64,000 bases of DNA from an uncultured virus (IMG/VR IMGVR_UViG_3300007597_000002) (lineage: Duplodnaviria > Heunggongvirae > Uroviricota > Caudoviricetes). Below are positions 38,535 through 47,344 of the stretch, piece after piece. A program made the translations under genes and the position numbers. The stretch lies in the IMG/VR virus record IMGVR_UViG_3300007597_000002. One strand, 5' to 3'. Position 1 is the stretch's first letter. Every line of letters begins with the position of its first letter. Under the pieces are notes generated by a model. The model did not search any database. It worked only from the letters and a program-made list of their open reading frames with translations, and was not told where the DNA came from.

Positions 38535-39230
38535 ATGTGTTCCATAATTGGTGCTGTGTTAAAGAATCCTCGTCATGAGGATTTTGAAATGATTCGTAGA
38601 GTATTCCTTGAGTCTAAGATTCGAGGAATGCATGCGACAGGTATATCTTTTTTACCGCATTGGAGTAAGTCAGTTGTAACTATCAAAGAAGCAATGCCAT
38701 CTGATAGATTTATTGATACTCATATGCATATTGATAATATGAAGGAGATGGTTAATGACGATGGTACTCTTTACCTTATTGGTCACTGTAGATATAGCAC
38801 TAGCGATTTATCTTATAATCAACCGCTAGCAAATGAATTGAAGTCCATTGTTCATAATGGAGTTATTACACAAGAACTTCCTGAGAACTGGGGTAACATT
38901 TATCCTTACACATTTGAAACTAAGAATGACTCTGAGTTAGTATTACATTCAGATGACCCACTCAGAGAGTTCCCAGATGCATCTATGGCAGTGTGTGAAC
39001 TTTATGTAGATCGTAAGTTGCGATTCTATCGTAATGGTAAACGTCCATTATACTTGACAAGTATTGAATGTGGGAGTATAATTACCTCTACGGCAGATGT
39101 TCCAAAACGTGCTGAGGTTGCAGGGTTTCCAGTTAATGTTCTTATGAATCATTACAATACATTTGATGGTGACCTTGCATTGACGATTGAGCGAGTTGAT
39201 ATTAAAGATGCATTAGATTACCAAAAATGA
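38535..39230 (+). CDS. Class II (Ntn) glutamine amidotransferase-like protein, stand-alone
   Basis: Cys2 (MCSIIG), IRGMHATG, GHCRYST, NQP, HNGVI, NDSE. Confidence 0.85.
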   Translation: MCSIIGAVLKNPRHEDFEMIRRVFLESKIRGMHATGISFLPHWSKSVVTIKEAMPSDRFIDTHMHIDNMKEMVNDDGTLYLIGHCRYSTSDLSYNQPLANELKSIVHNGVITQELPENWGNIYPYTFETKNDSELVLHSDDPLREFPDASMAVCELYVDRKLRFYRNGKRPLYLTSIECGSIITSTADVPKRAEVAGFPVNVLMNHYNTFDGDLALTIERVDIKDALDYQK

Positions 39231-39865
39231 TATTAGTTGATTTAGCAAAAGTAGAAAACATTATTTCAAATATTCCAGCTGGTAAGAATACAAAATTCTT
39301 ATCGGCTGCACATTCATTATGGTATCGGTTTCACAATTATGACAAAGCATTACCAATGGCTTATGAAGTTAATGGTGATGTTGTTTGTTTAATCTTTGCT
39401 ACATTCAATCGTGATGGTTATGCCAACCTGTATGAGATCGTAACACTCGAAGGAAAAGAAGGAAATGGATACGCATCAAAGTGTTGGGACGCATGGATTA
39501 AATACGCAGTCGAAGAACGAAAGTCTAAACGACTTAAAATCTCTTGCACACCTTCTTCAGTCACATGGCATTATCGCAATGGACTCATCTTCTGGGCAGT
39601 TGACCCGACTGGCTCGTTACGTTCTGACCAACCATTATTCTCAACTAGGCAAGAGCAAATTAGCTACAGAAATAATGCTATTATCAATCCATCCTCTGCT
39701 CTGCCACCAAGCAAAGCACAAGATCAGTTTAGGTTAGAAGGATTAGAATTATATAAATGGGGTGACAAGAAGAAAGAAAAAACTCAAACAGCAATTGATG
39801 CAGTTGGTACAGCATGGCTACGAGATGCTCTTATGAATCAACCAACACTACAAGAATTTTTATAA
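39227..39865 (+). CDS. GNAT-family acetyltransferase
   Basis: LYEIVTLEGKEGNGYAS (motif A), SVTWHYRNGL. Confidence 0.7.
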   Translation: MILVDLAKVENIISNIPAGKNTKFLSAAHSLWYRFHNYDKALPMAYEVNGDVVCLIFATFNRDGYANLYEIVTLEGKEGNGYASKCWDAWIKYAVEERKSKRLKISCTPSSVTWHYRNGLIFWAVDPTGSLRSDQPLFSTRQEQISYRNNAIINPSSALPPSKAQDQFRLEGLELYKWGDKKKEKTQTAIDAVGTAWLRDALMNQPTLQEFL

Positions 39866-40881
39866 TGGATTATCGTTTACAAGAAAATCGTAAAGAAGCA
39901 TTCATACGCTGGTACGCATGGTCATTGAAGTATGATGATTGTGATCCAGCAGTATGGGCAACGAACTATCTTAATAAAAGATATGAACACAATGATGAAC
40001 AGCGTCTTTGGTTTGCATGGCTTTATGGTAATACATACCAGTTGCAAACTGCATGGGTACTAATGAATGAGTTTCCTGATTATGAATTAGCAACAGTTGA
40101 TAGAATCACTCAATGGAATACAGCTAACTATAAGAGACTACGATATCAAACTGATACAAAGTGGAACAAAGGACATCTTCCTGCCATGTTCGAGTCTTAC
40201 CAAAAATTTATAGGAAGTGGAACACAACGTGATAGGATGGAAAGTTTTTATGCATCATCAGAGGAAGACACTTTTGATAGACTGTGGGATGGGGTTAAGT
40301 CGAGCCTGCATAAATTTGGTCGTTATTCCACTTGGTTTTACTTACAGCATCTTAAACATACTGCTGGCATCTCTGTTAATCCTACTTCTCTCATGCTGGA
40401 CGATTATGATGGTTCCCGTAGTCATCGTAATGGACTTCTGTATGCCCTTGGACAAGAATCCGATTGTGATCGAAGACTCAGTAATATGGAGTATTCAAAC
40501 CTCGAAGTACATGCAAAAGAAATTCTGGAAGAAAGTAAAAGACGATTCCCTGACTTAGCAGGACAGATTGATTTCTTTACCATGGAAACCTGCTTGTGTT
40601 CTTTTAAGAAACTATTCAGAGAACACCATGGACGTTACCTTGGTTACTATCTAGATCGTCAGGCTGAAGAGATTGTTAAAGCAGAGAATGATAGTTGGTA
40701 TGGTATTGATTGGGATGTTCTTTGGCAAGCACGTGAAGAAACAATTGATTTTAGATTAGACCATAAACGTGGTATCGATAAAGAAAGGTTTTCTTCTTTC
40801 CTGAATTCAGGTAAATTAGAAAATTTAGAATGGATGTTTAATGATGAAGAATCTATACTAATTGGATTGGAGAATTTTTAA
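39865..40881 (+). CDS. Amino-acid:DNA transferase (aGPT-Pplase2 family, HhH-glycosylase-like)
   Basis: DCDP, WLYGNTY, HhH-like KFGRYSTWFYLQ, ETCLCSFKK, GRYLGYYLDRQ. Confidence 0.82.
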   Translation: MDYRLQENRKEAFIRWYAWSLKYDDCDPAVWATNYLNKRYEHNDEQRLWFAWLYGNTYQLQTAWVLMNEFPDYELATVDRITQWNTANYKRLRYQTDTKWNKGHLPAMFESYQKFIGSGTQRDRMESFYASSEEDTFDRLWDGVKSSLHKFGRYSTWFYLQHLKHTAGISVNPTSLMLDDYDGSRSHRNGLLYALGQESDCDRRLSNMEYSNLEVHAKEILEESKRRFPDLAGQIDFFTMETCLCSFKKLFREHHGRYLGYYLDRQAEEIVKAENDSWYGIDWDVLWQAREETIDFRLDHKRGIDKERFSSFLNSGKLENLEWMFNDEESILIGLENF

Positions 40882-41324
40882 TGGCTATTAATAAACCACA
40901 GCCCAACTGGGGTGATAATATGATTGTGACTGGTACAGGTTTACAACCATTTTCAAATGGTGGGACTCTCAGTATCAATACTGCAATGAATACAGGCACT
41001 GTTGCAGCAAGTGGATCTTATACTACAAATACCATAAGTGTACAAAAACCTGTAGATGAAGTTTTAGATCAATTTGATATGAATGAAGTTGTCGTTGAAC
41101 ATAAAGTTACAACATTTGAACTTGCCAAATTGAAAGAAACTGTAGACTACCACGACATCATTAAACAAAATTTGTCTAAGAAGATTTCTGAAAGTATAAT
41201 TAACAAAGCAAGATTCACGAAGAAGCAAGATCTTGACTCAGATACTATATCTTTTCGTGGAAGAGTATGGGTATTTAATAAAGAAGAATTGATGGATTTA
41301 ATAAAGGAAGTCAGAAATGTTTGA
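40881..41324 (+). CDS. Hypothetical protein within the modification cluster
   Basis: TAATG-coupled ORF. Confidence 0.55.
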   Translation: MAINKPQPNWGDNMIVTGTGLQPFSNGGTLSINTAMNTGTVAASGSYTTNTISVQKPVDEVLDQFDMNEVVVEHKVTTFELAKLKETVDYHDIIKQNLSKKISESIINKARFTKKQDLDSDTISFRGRVWVFNKEELMDLIKEVRNV

Positions 41325-41919
41325 TAAATTTGGAGTAGTTGACGAGATTAGTGTTCAGTTGATTAGAAACCCCACTAAGACTAGAAAGATTATCGCAGTT
41401 GGTGGGCAACCTGGAACTGGTAAGACTACACTGTTTCGTAAATTTATGGAAAATAAACAGTGGATTGTAGGTGAACCAGCCAAGTTGGTATCAGCATCCT
41501 ATAATACCGAACGAGATCTATACATCCTTGGTAAATATGATGAGGGTGAAACCTTTGCTGGAACAGATCGGCTTTCGATGGCAGTCCAACCAAACCTCCA
41601 AGAGTGGGTTAAGTCTAATAACTGCAATATCCTTTTCGAGGGAGATCGAGTCTTCAACCAGTCATTCCTAGAGTTTTGTATGGAGTTACCTAATACCGAA
41701 TTGCAAGTGGTCTATTTGGCAGTCCCGAAACCTATGTTAGAACAGAGATACAAAAATAGGGGTTCTGACCAGTCTGAAACTTTCCTAAAGGGTCGGGAGA
41801 CTAAATATAGTAATCTATTGTCAAACTTTGACTTGATGCCTTATATTACTGAGTTTGTAAACACTAACTTAGAGGAGCAGGGGAAAGTACTTGCGCACTT
41901 GGAGAAACAGTTTAGTTAA
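41317..41919 (+). CDS. P-loop kinase, putative 5-hydroxymethyluracil DNA kinase
   Basis: GGQPGTGKTT, LGKY....FAGTDRLSM, LFEGDR, RGSDQ; close to the transferase. Confidence 0.75.
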   Translation: MFDKFGVVDEISVQLIRNPTKTRKIIAVGGQPGTGKTTLFRKFMENKQWIVGEPAKLVSASYNTERDLYILGKYDEGETFAGTDRLSMAVQPNLQEWVKSNNCNILFEGDRVFNQSFLEFCMELPNTELQVVYLAVPKPMLEQRYKNRGSDQSETFLKGRETKYSNLLSNFDLMPYITEFVNTNLEEQGKVLAHLEKQFS

Positions 41920-41939
41920 GCAAGAACTTTCTGGGAACT

Positions 41940-42635
41940 ATGAACTTCCTAGAAAAAGCCAATTACGACTGGATGGAACTGCTCAACTTTTATGAGCGTC
42001 CATTCAGAGCTAAACTCACACCCTCAAAAGTCTGGATTGATCTAGATCGTTATAAGAACGATTCTGTCGGTCTTGCCAACTATGCTAAGAAGTGGCGCAC
42101 CAAAGTCGAATGGCGTAAGGAAAAGTCTAAAGCAAAGTGGACTGAAACCTATGTAGGAATTGGTGGTGAATATGCTCCAGATGAGAGACAGATAACCATA
42201 CAAATCTATACTGATAGGTTCAATTCATTCTCCTTTACAAATAAGTCTTGGACAGCATTTAAGATGAGATTTATTCAAACTCTCATGCACGAATTGATAC
42301 ACTTCATGCAGTACGAGAGAAGAGATGACTCATGGAGTAACTACGTTGTACCATATAAAAAGGTGGGTATAGCAAAGAAGGATGAACAGAGAGCATACCT
42401 CTCTGAGTTTGATGAGATACAAGCATATGCGCATTGTGTGTATCTAGATTTTAAGATGCGTAGACCCAGAGTAGAAATCAACATCCTGTTGAATCGTTAT
42501 AAAAAGAAACGAGATTCGTCTACTCTTCACTTCTTCTTAAAGACGTTTGATTACGATTTAAGAAACAACATGGCCACTCGAAAGATCATAGATCAAATCG
42601 GTAAATGGGATCGTAAATACAACCGAATGACTTGA
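41940..42635 (+). CDS. Zincin-like (HExxH) protein
   Basis: TLMHELIHFMQ with downstream EFDEIQAYA. Confidence 0.65.
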   Translation: MNFLEKANYDWMELLNFYERPFRAKLTPSKVWIDLDRYKNDSVGLANYAKKWRTKVEWRKEKSKAKWTETYVGIGGEYAPDERQITIQIYTDRFNSFSFTNKSWTAFKMRFIQTLMHELIHFMQYERRDDSWSNYVVPYKKVGIAKKDEQRAYLSEFDEIQAYAHCVYLDFKMRRPRVEINILLNRYKKKRDSSTLHFFLKTFDYDLRNNMATRKIIDQIGKWDRKYNRMT

Positions 42636-42636
42636 C

Positions 42637-42643
42637 CTAAATA
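42637..42643 (+). promoter_or_regulatory. Late promoter CTAAATA
   Basis: Intergenic TAAATA upstream of the 42668 ORF. Confidence 0.55.
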
Positions 42644-42667
42644 GTTGATTATTGTAAGATCAACTAT

Positions 42668-44047
42668 ATGGCATACAAATATCCTGAAATGGCTTTAACA
42701 GCCAAGAACATATCAGACTTTCTTAAGAAGAAAGGTGCTGGTGCTTCTGTAAAAACATCCAGATATCAGACTCAGATTAAGTCTGTAGAAGTAGCACATC
42801 CAGGAACTTTGGAAGATCTTCTAAAATCTTCTGGTATAAAAGGTAAGTTAAGTGACATTAGCGCAACAGATGAGAAGGCGATCTCTGGTAAGTACAAAGC
42901 AAAGTTACTGACACTTACTACAGCAATTGCTGATTGTAAGACTGGTGCCACTTGTTTCATTCTCAATACATTTACTGAGAAGGGTACTCTCAAGACTAAA
43001 GATCTAGCACCAGAGAAATTAAATTTAACTATTGCTTCTGGGTATACTGATATTGCTAAATTCGATAAGGCTGTGTATGCAGGTATCGATAATCTTAAAG
43101 TTGGAGCAGATATCAAAACTGTTTTAACAGAATTGTATAGATCTATTGTTGATAATAAAACCACTAAAGATAGTATCACAATGAATGCTGCTGCCAAGAA
43201 AGCAATGGTCTCAATTAAGCCACAAGATCGTCAAGCAATCGGTAAAGACTTTGGGGAAATTTTATCACTTCGTTGGTATCTAACCCAACCATTCGGTAAG
43301 GGTTATACAAAGTTTGGATTCTCTGTTATCAGTAATGAAGCATTGGTTGACTTTTATCTTGATAAAAAGGTTGGTAATAAATCTGTTCACGTAGATGTAT
43401 CTGCTAAATTCGAAGCAGGTGCTGCTCCATCAATTGGTGCTATTGTTAATAACATCGGCAAAGTCTATAAGACACCAACAGCAGAAGAAAAGAAAGCCAT
43501 CGGAGTTTTACAGGCTTTGGCTGGTGCTGATGATAATACTTCTACAAAAATTCTTAAAGCATTCGAGACTTTAAAGTTACCCTCTTACACTACTCTAAAA
43601 TCTATAGTTGGTGCAAAGGGAGCATTCACTATTGCAGATGTATCTGCAGCTATACAGAAAATAGCAACTGCAAGTAAAACTCCAGCCAACAGAATCAAGA
43701 TGTTCAATACAGAATATGCTCCGATGTACGAGTCCTTGGGTAAGAATGCTAGTCCAGATTCATTAGCTGTAGTCTTTAGCACTCCAACTTATAAAAAATA
43801 CTATTCTTTAATCTTAGCCCCAATGGGATATGCTTTAGTCGAGTATATGAATAAGAATAAGATCTATCAAGAAATCTTAAATAACATTAGTAGAGAGATG
43901 AAGACTGAACAGGTCTATCTAAACTTCGTTGGCGACTCGATGACCTTCTCTAAGAAGTTGTTTTCTAACGCTGAATTTAAGTTTGCATATGGAGCCAATG
44001 CCAAGGATTCCGACAATACAGGTATAAAGTTCTCGATGAAACATTGA
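42668..44047 (+). CDS. Basic hypothetical protein, possible PD-(D/E)xK-like nuclease
   Basis: Lys-rich 459 aa; DFGEIL...ALVDFY...DVSAK. Confidence 0.55.
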   Translation: MAYKYPEMALTAKNISDFLKKKGAGASVKTSRYQTQIKSVEVAHPGTLEDLLKSSGIKGKLSDISATDEKAISGKYKAKLLTLTTAIADCKTGATCFILNTFTEKGTLKTKDLAPEKLNLTIASGYTDIAKFDKAVYAGIDNLKVGADIKTVLTELYRSIVDNKTTKDSITMNAAAKKAMVSIKPQDRQAIGKDFGEILSLRWYLTQPFGKGYTKFGFSVISNEALVDFYLDKKVGNKSVHVDVSAKFEAGAAPSIGAIVNNIGKVYKTPTAEEKKAIGVLQALAGADDNTSTKILKAFETLKLPSYTTLKSIVGAKGAFTIADVSAAIQKIATASKTPANRIKMFNTEYAPMYESLGKNASPDSLAVVFSTPTYKKYYSLILAPMGYALVEYMNKNKIYQEILNNISREMKTEQVYLNFVGDSMTFSKKLFSNAEFKFAYGANAKDSDNTGIKFSMKH

Positions 44048-44051
44048 GGAT

Positions 44052-44059
44052 TATAAATA
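44052..44059 (+). promoter_or_regulatory. Canonical T4 late promoter TATAAATA
   Basis: Exact match upstream of 44087. Confidence 0.75.
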
Positions 44060-44086
44060 AGATATAATACTATACAGATGGATTAA

Positions 44087-44836
44087 ATGAAAGATTACAA
44101 ACAATTATTAAAAGAACTCCCATCTAAAACGGTAGTTCTAGCCTGTGGTAAGTTTAACCCTCCAAACGTGGGTCATGAACTTATTGTAAAGGCTGTCAAA
44201 GCACTGGCTGAGCAACGTAGCGCAGACCACGTAATCTATGCATCCACTGTTAGCGATGCGAAAAAGAATCCACTATTAGTAGAAAAGAAACTTCAGTATT
44301 TGAATCTGATTTTTCCTAAGACCAACTTTGTCGAATCTGAAAAGAATTTGGTAGATATCGTTAAGAGTCTAAAAGAAAACTATTCAAATATTATTTTAGT
44401 GACTGGCGCAGAAGTTCCACGAGCACTAAAGAAGTATAATGTTACTGTTATCAATACTGGAGAAAGCGATCCAGACGAATCTGAAACTATTCGTTCATTC
44501 GCTTCCAAGGGATTGTATGAACAGTTTAAGAAAGCACTACCATCATCTATTAGAGATCTTGATAGTCGTAGATTAATGAATGACATAAGAACTGGTCTTG
44601 GTTTAGATATAATCAAAGAGCAGATCAATCTAGTTAAAGACGATATTCGTGAGATGTATCACTCAGGTGAAATCTTTAATGTCGGAGAAGTTGTTGAGTC
44701 TAATGGTAAGAAGTATGAGATTGTTAAGCGTGGTTCAAACCATCTACTATTAAAAGAAGACTCTGGTAAATTAGTATCTAAATGGATACAAGATGTTAAA
44801 ATAATTACATTTAAAGAACATATAAAAAATGGATGA
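44087..44836 (+). CDS. Cytidylyltransferase-like (HxGH) protein, short paralog
   Basis: GKFNPPNVGH, DAKKNPL; N-terminal MKDYKQLLKE. Confidence 0.75.
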   Translation: MKDYKQLLKELPSKTVVLACGKFNPPNVGHELIVKAVKALAEQRSADHVIYASTVSDAKKNPLLVEKKLQYLNLIFPKTNFVESEKNLVDIVKSLKENYSNIILVTGAEVPRALKKYNVTVINTGESDPDESETIRSFASKGLYEQFKKALPSSIRDLDSRRLMNDIRTGLGLDIIKEQINLVKDDIREMYHSGEIFNVGEVVESNGKKYEIVKRGSNHLLLKEDSGKLVSKWIQDVKIITFKEHIKNG

Positions 44837-45275
44837 ACTAAAAACAGCAATCAAAGTCCTGTTGGCAAATACAACAGTGATGTACTATAAGGCTCATCAA
44901 TTTCATTGGAACATTGAGGGCATAGAGTTCACTCAATTCCATGAATTCTTTGGAGATCTGTATACTGATGTTTATAACTCAGTAGATCCAATTGGTGAAC
45001 TGCTACGTAAGTTAGATGATTATGCTCCAGTCAGTTTAGATGACCTGTTTAAGTATAAAACATTACAGGAAGAGACTACCAGAGTAGAACTTCTTTCTGA
45101 TATTCTGGCTAGTCTTATTAAAGCAAATGAGGAAGTCTTGGCTAGCCTAAATAAAGTGTTCACTATTGCAAATGCAGACAAACAACAAGGTATTTGTAAT
45201 TTTATTGCGGATAGAATAGATACACACCAGAAGCATGCATGGTTCTTACGTGCTTCTGCTAAGAAAATAGGATAA
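44829..45275 (+). CDS. dps: Dps / ferritin-like DNA protection protein
   Basis: KAHQFHWNIEG.EF..FHEFF..LY, D...E, HQKHAWFLR. Confidence 0.9.
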   Translation: MDELKTAIKVLLANTTVMYYKAHQFHWNIEGIEFTQFHEFFGDLYTDVYNSVDPIGELLRKLDDYAPVSLDDLFKYKTLQEETTRVELLSDILASLIKANEEVLASLNKVFTIANADKQQGICNFIADRIDTHQKHAWFLRASAKKIG

Positions 45276-45278
45276 AAA

Positions 45279-46106
45279 ATGTTTTCATTTAAACAGCTAA
45301 TAGAAGAAGCAAAGAAATCAGGATGCACCTGCTGGACTGGATATAAAAGAGTTCCAGGAACTAAACCATGCTCTGCTGATTCATGTATCAAAGAAAGCCA
45401 GCGTGGATTGTGGGACAACATCCATGCCAAACAAAAACGAATTAAAGCTGGTTCTGGCGAAAAGATGCGCAAGCCTGGAAGCGAAGGTGCTCCAACTGCA
45501 GCAGCATTGAAAGCATCGCAAACGAATGAAGCAAAAGATAATAAAGAGTATGGTTACGAAGGTGACATGGCACTAAATCAATTGGCAACGCTAACACGTT
45601 GTGCTGATATGATTAAAGATCTACTAAAGCCAGACACTGATTTGCCAGAGTGGGTTCAATCTAAGATTACTCTTGCAACTGATTATATTCAGACTGCAGC
45701 TGACTATTTGTACTCTGAGATGAAAGAAGATGTTGAAGCACAATTTGACCTTATTGAAGAGATGGTAAGTGATCTCGCTACTCAACATAACTTAGATCCA
45801 GAAATGGTTTGGGAAAAGTTTGAGGAAGTTTCTGATGAAGAACTTTTCGAAGCTGCAGTTGATGCCAAAGGTCATAAATCTTCCACTGGTGGTTTGACTC
45901 AAAAAGGTCGTGATGCATACAATGCCAAGGGTGCTAATTTACAAGCACCCGTGACAACACCTCCATCAGAATTAAAAGCTGGTAGCAAAGCAGCTAATCG
46001 TCGTAAGTCTTTCTGTGCTAGAATGGGTGGCATGGAAGGCGCAATGAAGAAACCAAATGGCGAGCCTACTCGTAAGGCACTCGCACTAAGAAAGTGGAAC
46101 TGCTAA
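45279..46106 (+). CDS. Modular hypothetical protein (DUF6321-like C-terminus), probable head-internal protein
   Basis: CWTGYK, GLWDNIHAK, LPEWVQSKIT, GGLTQKGR...RRKSFCARM modules. Confidence 0.7.
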   Translation: MFSFKQLIEEAKKSGCTCWTGYKRVPGTKPCSADSCIKESQRGLWDNIHAKQKRIKAGSGEKMRKPGSEGAPTAAALKASQTNEAKDNKEYGYEGDMALNQLATLTRCADMIKDLLKPDTDLPEWVQSKITLATDYIQTAADYLYSEMKEDVEAQFDLIEEMVSDLATQHNLDPEMVWEKFEEVSDEELFEAAVDAKGHKSSTGGLTQKGRDAYNAKGANLQAPVTTPPSELKAGSKAANRRKSFCARMGGMEGAMKKPNGEPTRKALALRKWNC

Positions 46107-47344
46107 TGAAATCATTTTTAACATATTTAAAAGAAGAAAAAGATGCACTTGGCCATGGCTCAGATGCTGGTGATAAACTAAAGCACATTACTCATGCTGA
46201 GGATCGTCCATTGATGCATGGGCATGAAGGTTTTGAGCATGCACATGGTGCATTAATGTCTGCTCATGAGCACACAAAGGCTGGAAATAATAGTAGTAAA
46301 TTAACGATGAAGTTTGATGGTTCACCTTCAGTTGTTTTTGGACATCACCCAAGTAATGGTAAATTCTTTGTTGGAACAAAAGGTGCTTTCAATAAAGATC
46401 CAAAGATTAATCATACAGAAGCTGACATCGATAAGAATCATGGTCATGCTCCAGGTCTAGCCACTAAACTAAAAGCAGCACTACAACATCTACCAAAAGT
46501 GACACCAAAGAAAGGTGTTTACCAAGGTGACATCATGCATTCTGAGGGTGATGTTGAACATGATAAAAAAGCAGGCACTGCTAAGTTTACTCCAAATACA
46601 ATCTCTTATACTGCTAAAGGCGATGAAGCAAAGAAAGCAGCTGAATCTAAATTCGGTGTTGCTGTTCATCAAAAGTATGAACACAAAGAAGGTGCTGATA
46701 AGAAATCTTTAGAATCAATGCATGTAACTCCACATCCTGATAATCATAACTTCGGTGATCATAAAGACGTGCATCTTAAGACTGCTAATCATGATACTTC
46801 TAAAGTAGATTACCCTAAAGAAGCGCAAGACCAATTTCACAAACACATGGCTGCTGCCAAAGAAATTCATGATACTCATGGTCACAAGATGTATGATGCT
46901 GTTCATCCTGCTCATAGTGGTGATTCTGGTCATTTGGCTTCTTACATTAATCATACAGTTAAAACAGATACAGTTCCAACTGCTGAAGGTTTACAAGCCC
47001 ATGTTACTGCTCACTACGAAAAGAAAGCAGCTGGTGTTAAGTCTGATGCTGCAAAGGCAAAACATACAGGCGAAGGTGCTGCACAAGTAGCGCATATCGA
47101 AAAGAATAAGTCTCACTACGATAATCTATTGAATATGCATAGTCACTTGGCAAAAGCAAAAGATACATTAGTTAAAAGTTTAAATACTCATACTGGTGGA
47201 TTAGATCATCACATTGGTGATAACAAAACAGATCCAGAAGGATTTGTTATTAATCATGAGCACAATGGAAAAGAAGAGCCAACTAAATTAGTTAATCGTA
47301 AAGAGTTTAGTAAAGCCAACCTATTAAAAGTATACAAAAAATGA
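46106..47344 (+). CDS. His-rich protein with ligase-like nucleotidyltransferase motifs (DUF6267-like)
   Basis: KFDGSP, YQGDIM, EGFV, KLVNR; N-terminal MKSFLTYLKEE. Confidence 0.7.
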   Translation: MKSFLTYLKEEKDALGHGSDAGDKLKHITHAEDRPLMHGHEGFEHAHGALMSAHEHTKAGNNSSKLTMKFDGSPSVVFGHHPSNGKFFVGTKGAFNKDPKINHTEADIDKNHGHAPGLATKLKAALQHLPKVTPKKGVYQGDIMHSEGDVEHDKKAGTAKFTPNTISYTAKGDEAKKAAESKFGVAVHQKYEHKEGADKKSLESMHVTPHPDNHNFGDHKDVHLKTANHDTSKVDYPKEAQDQFHKHMAAAKEIHDTHGHKMYDAVHPAHSGDSGHLASYINHTVKTDTVPTAEGLQAHVTAHYEKKAAGVKSDAAKAKHTGEGAAQVAHIEKNKSHYDNLLNMHSHLAKAKDTLVKSLNTHTGGLDHHIGDNKTDPEGFVINHEHNGKEEPTKLVNRKEFSKANLLKVYKK

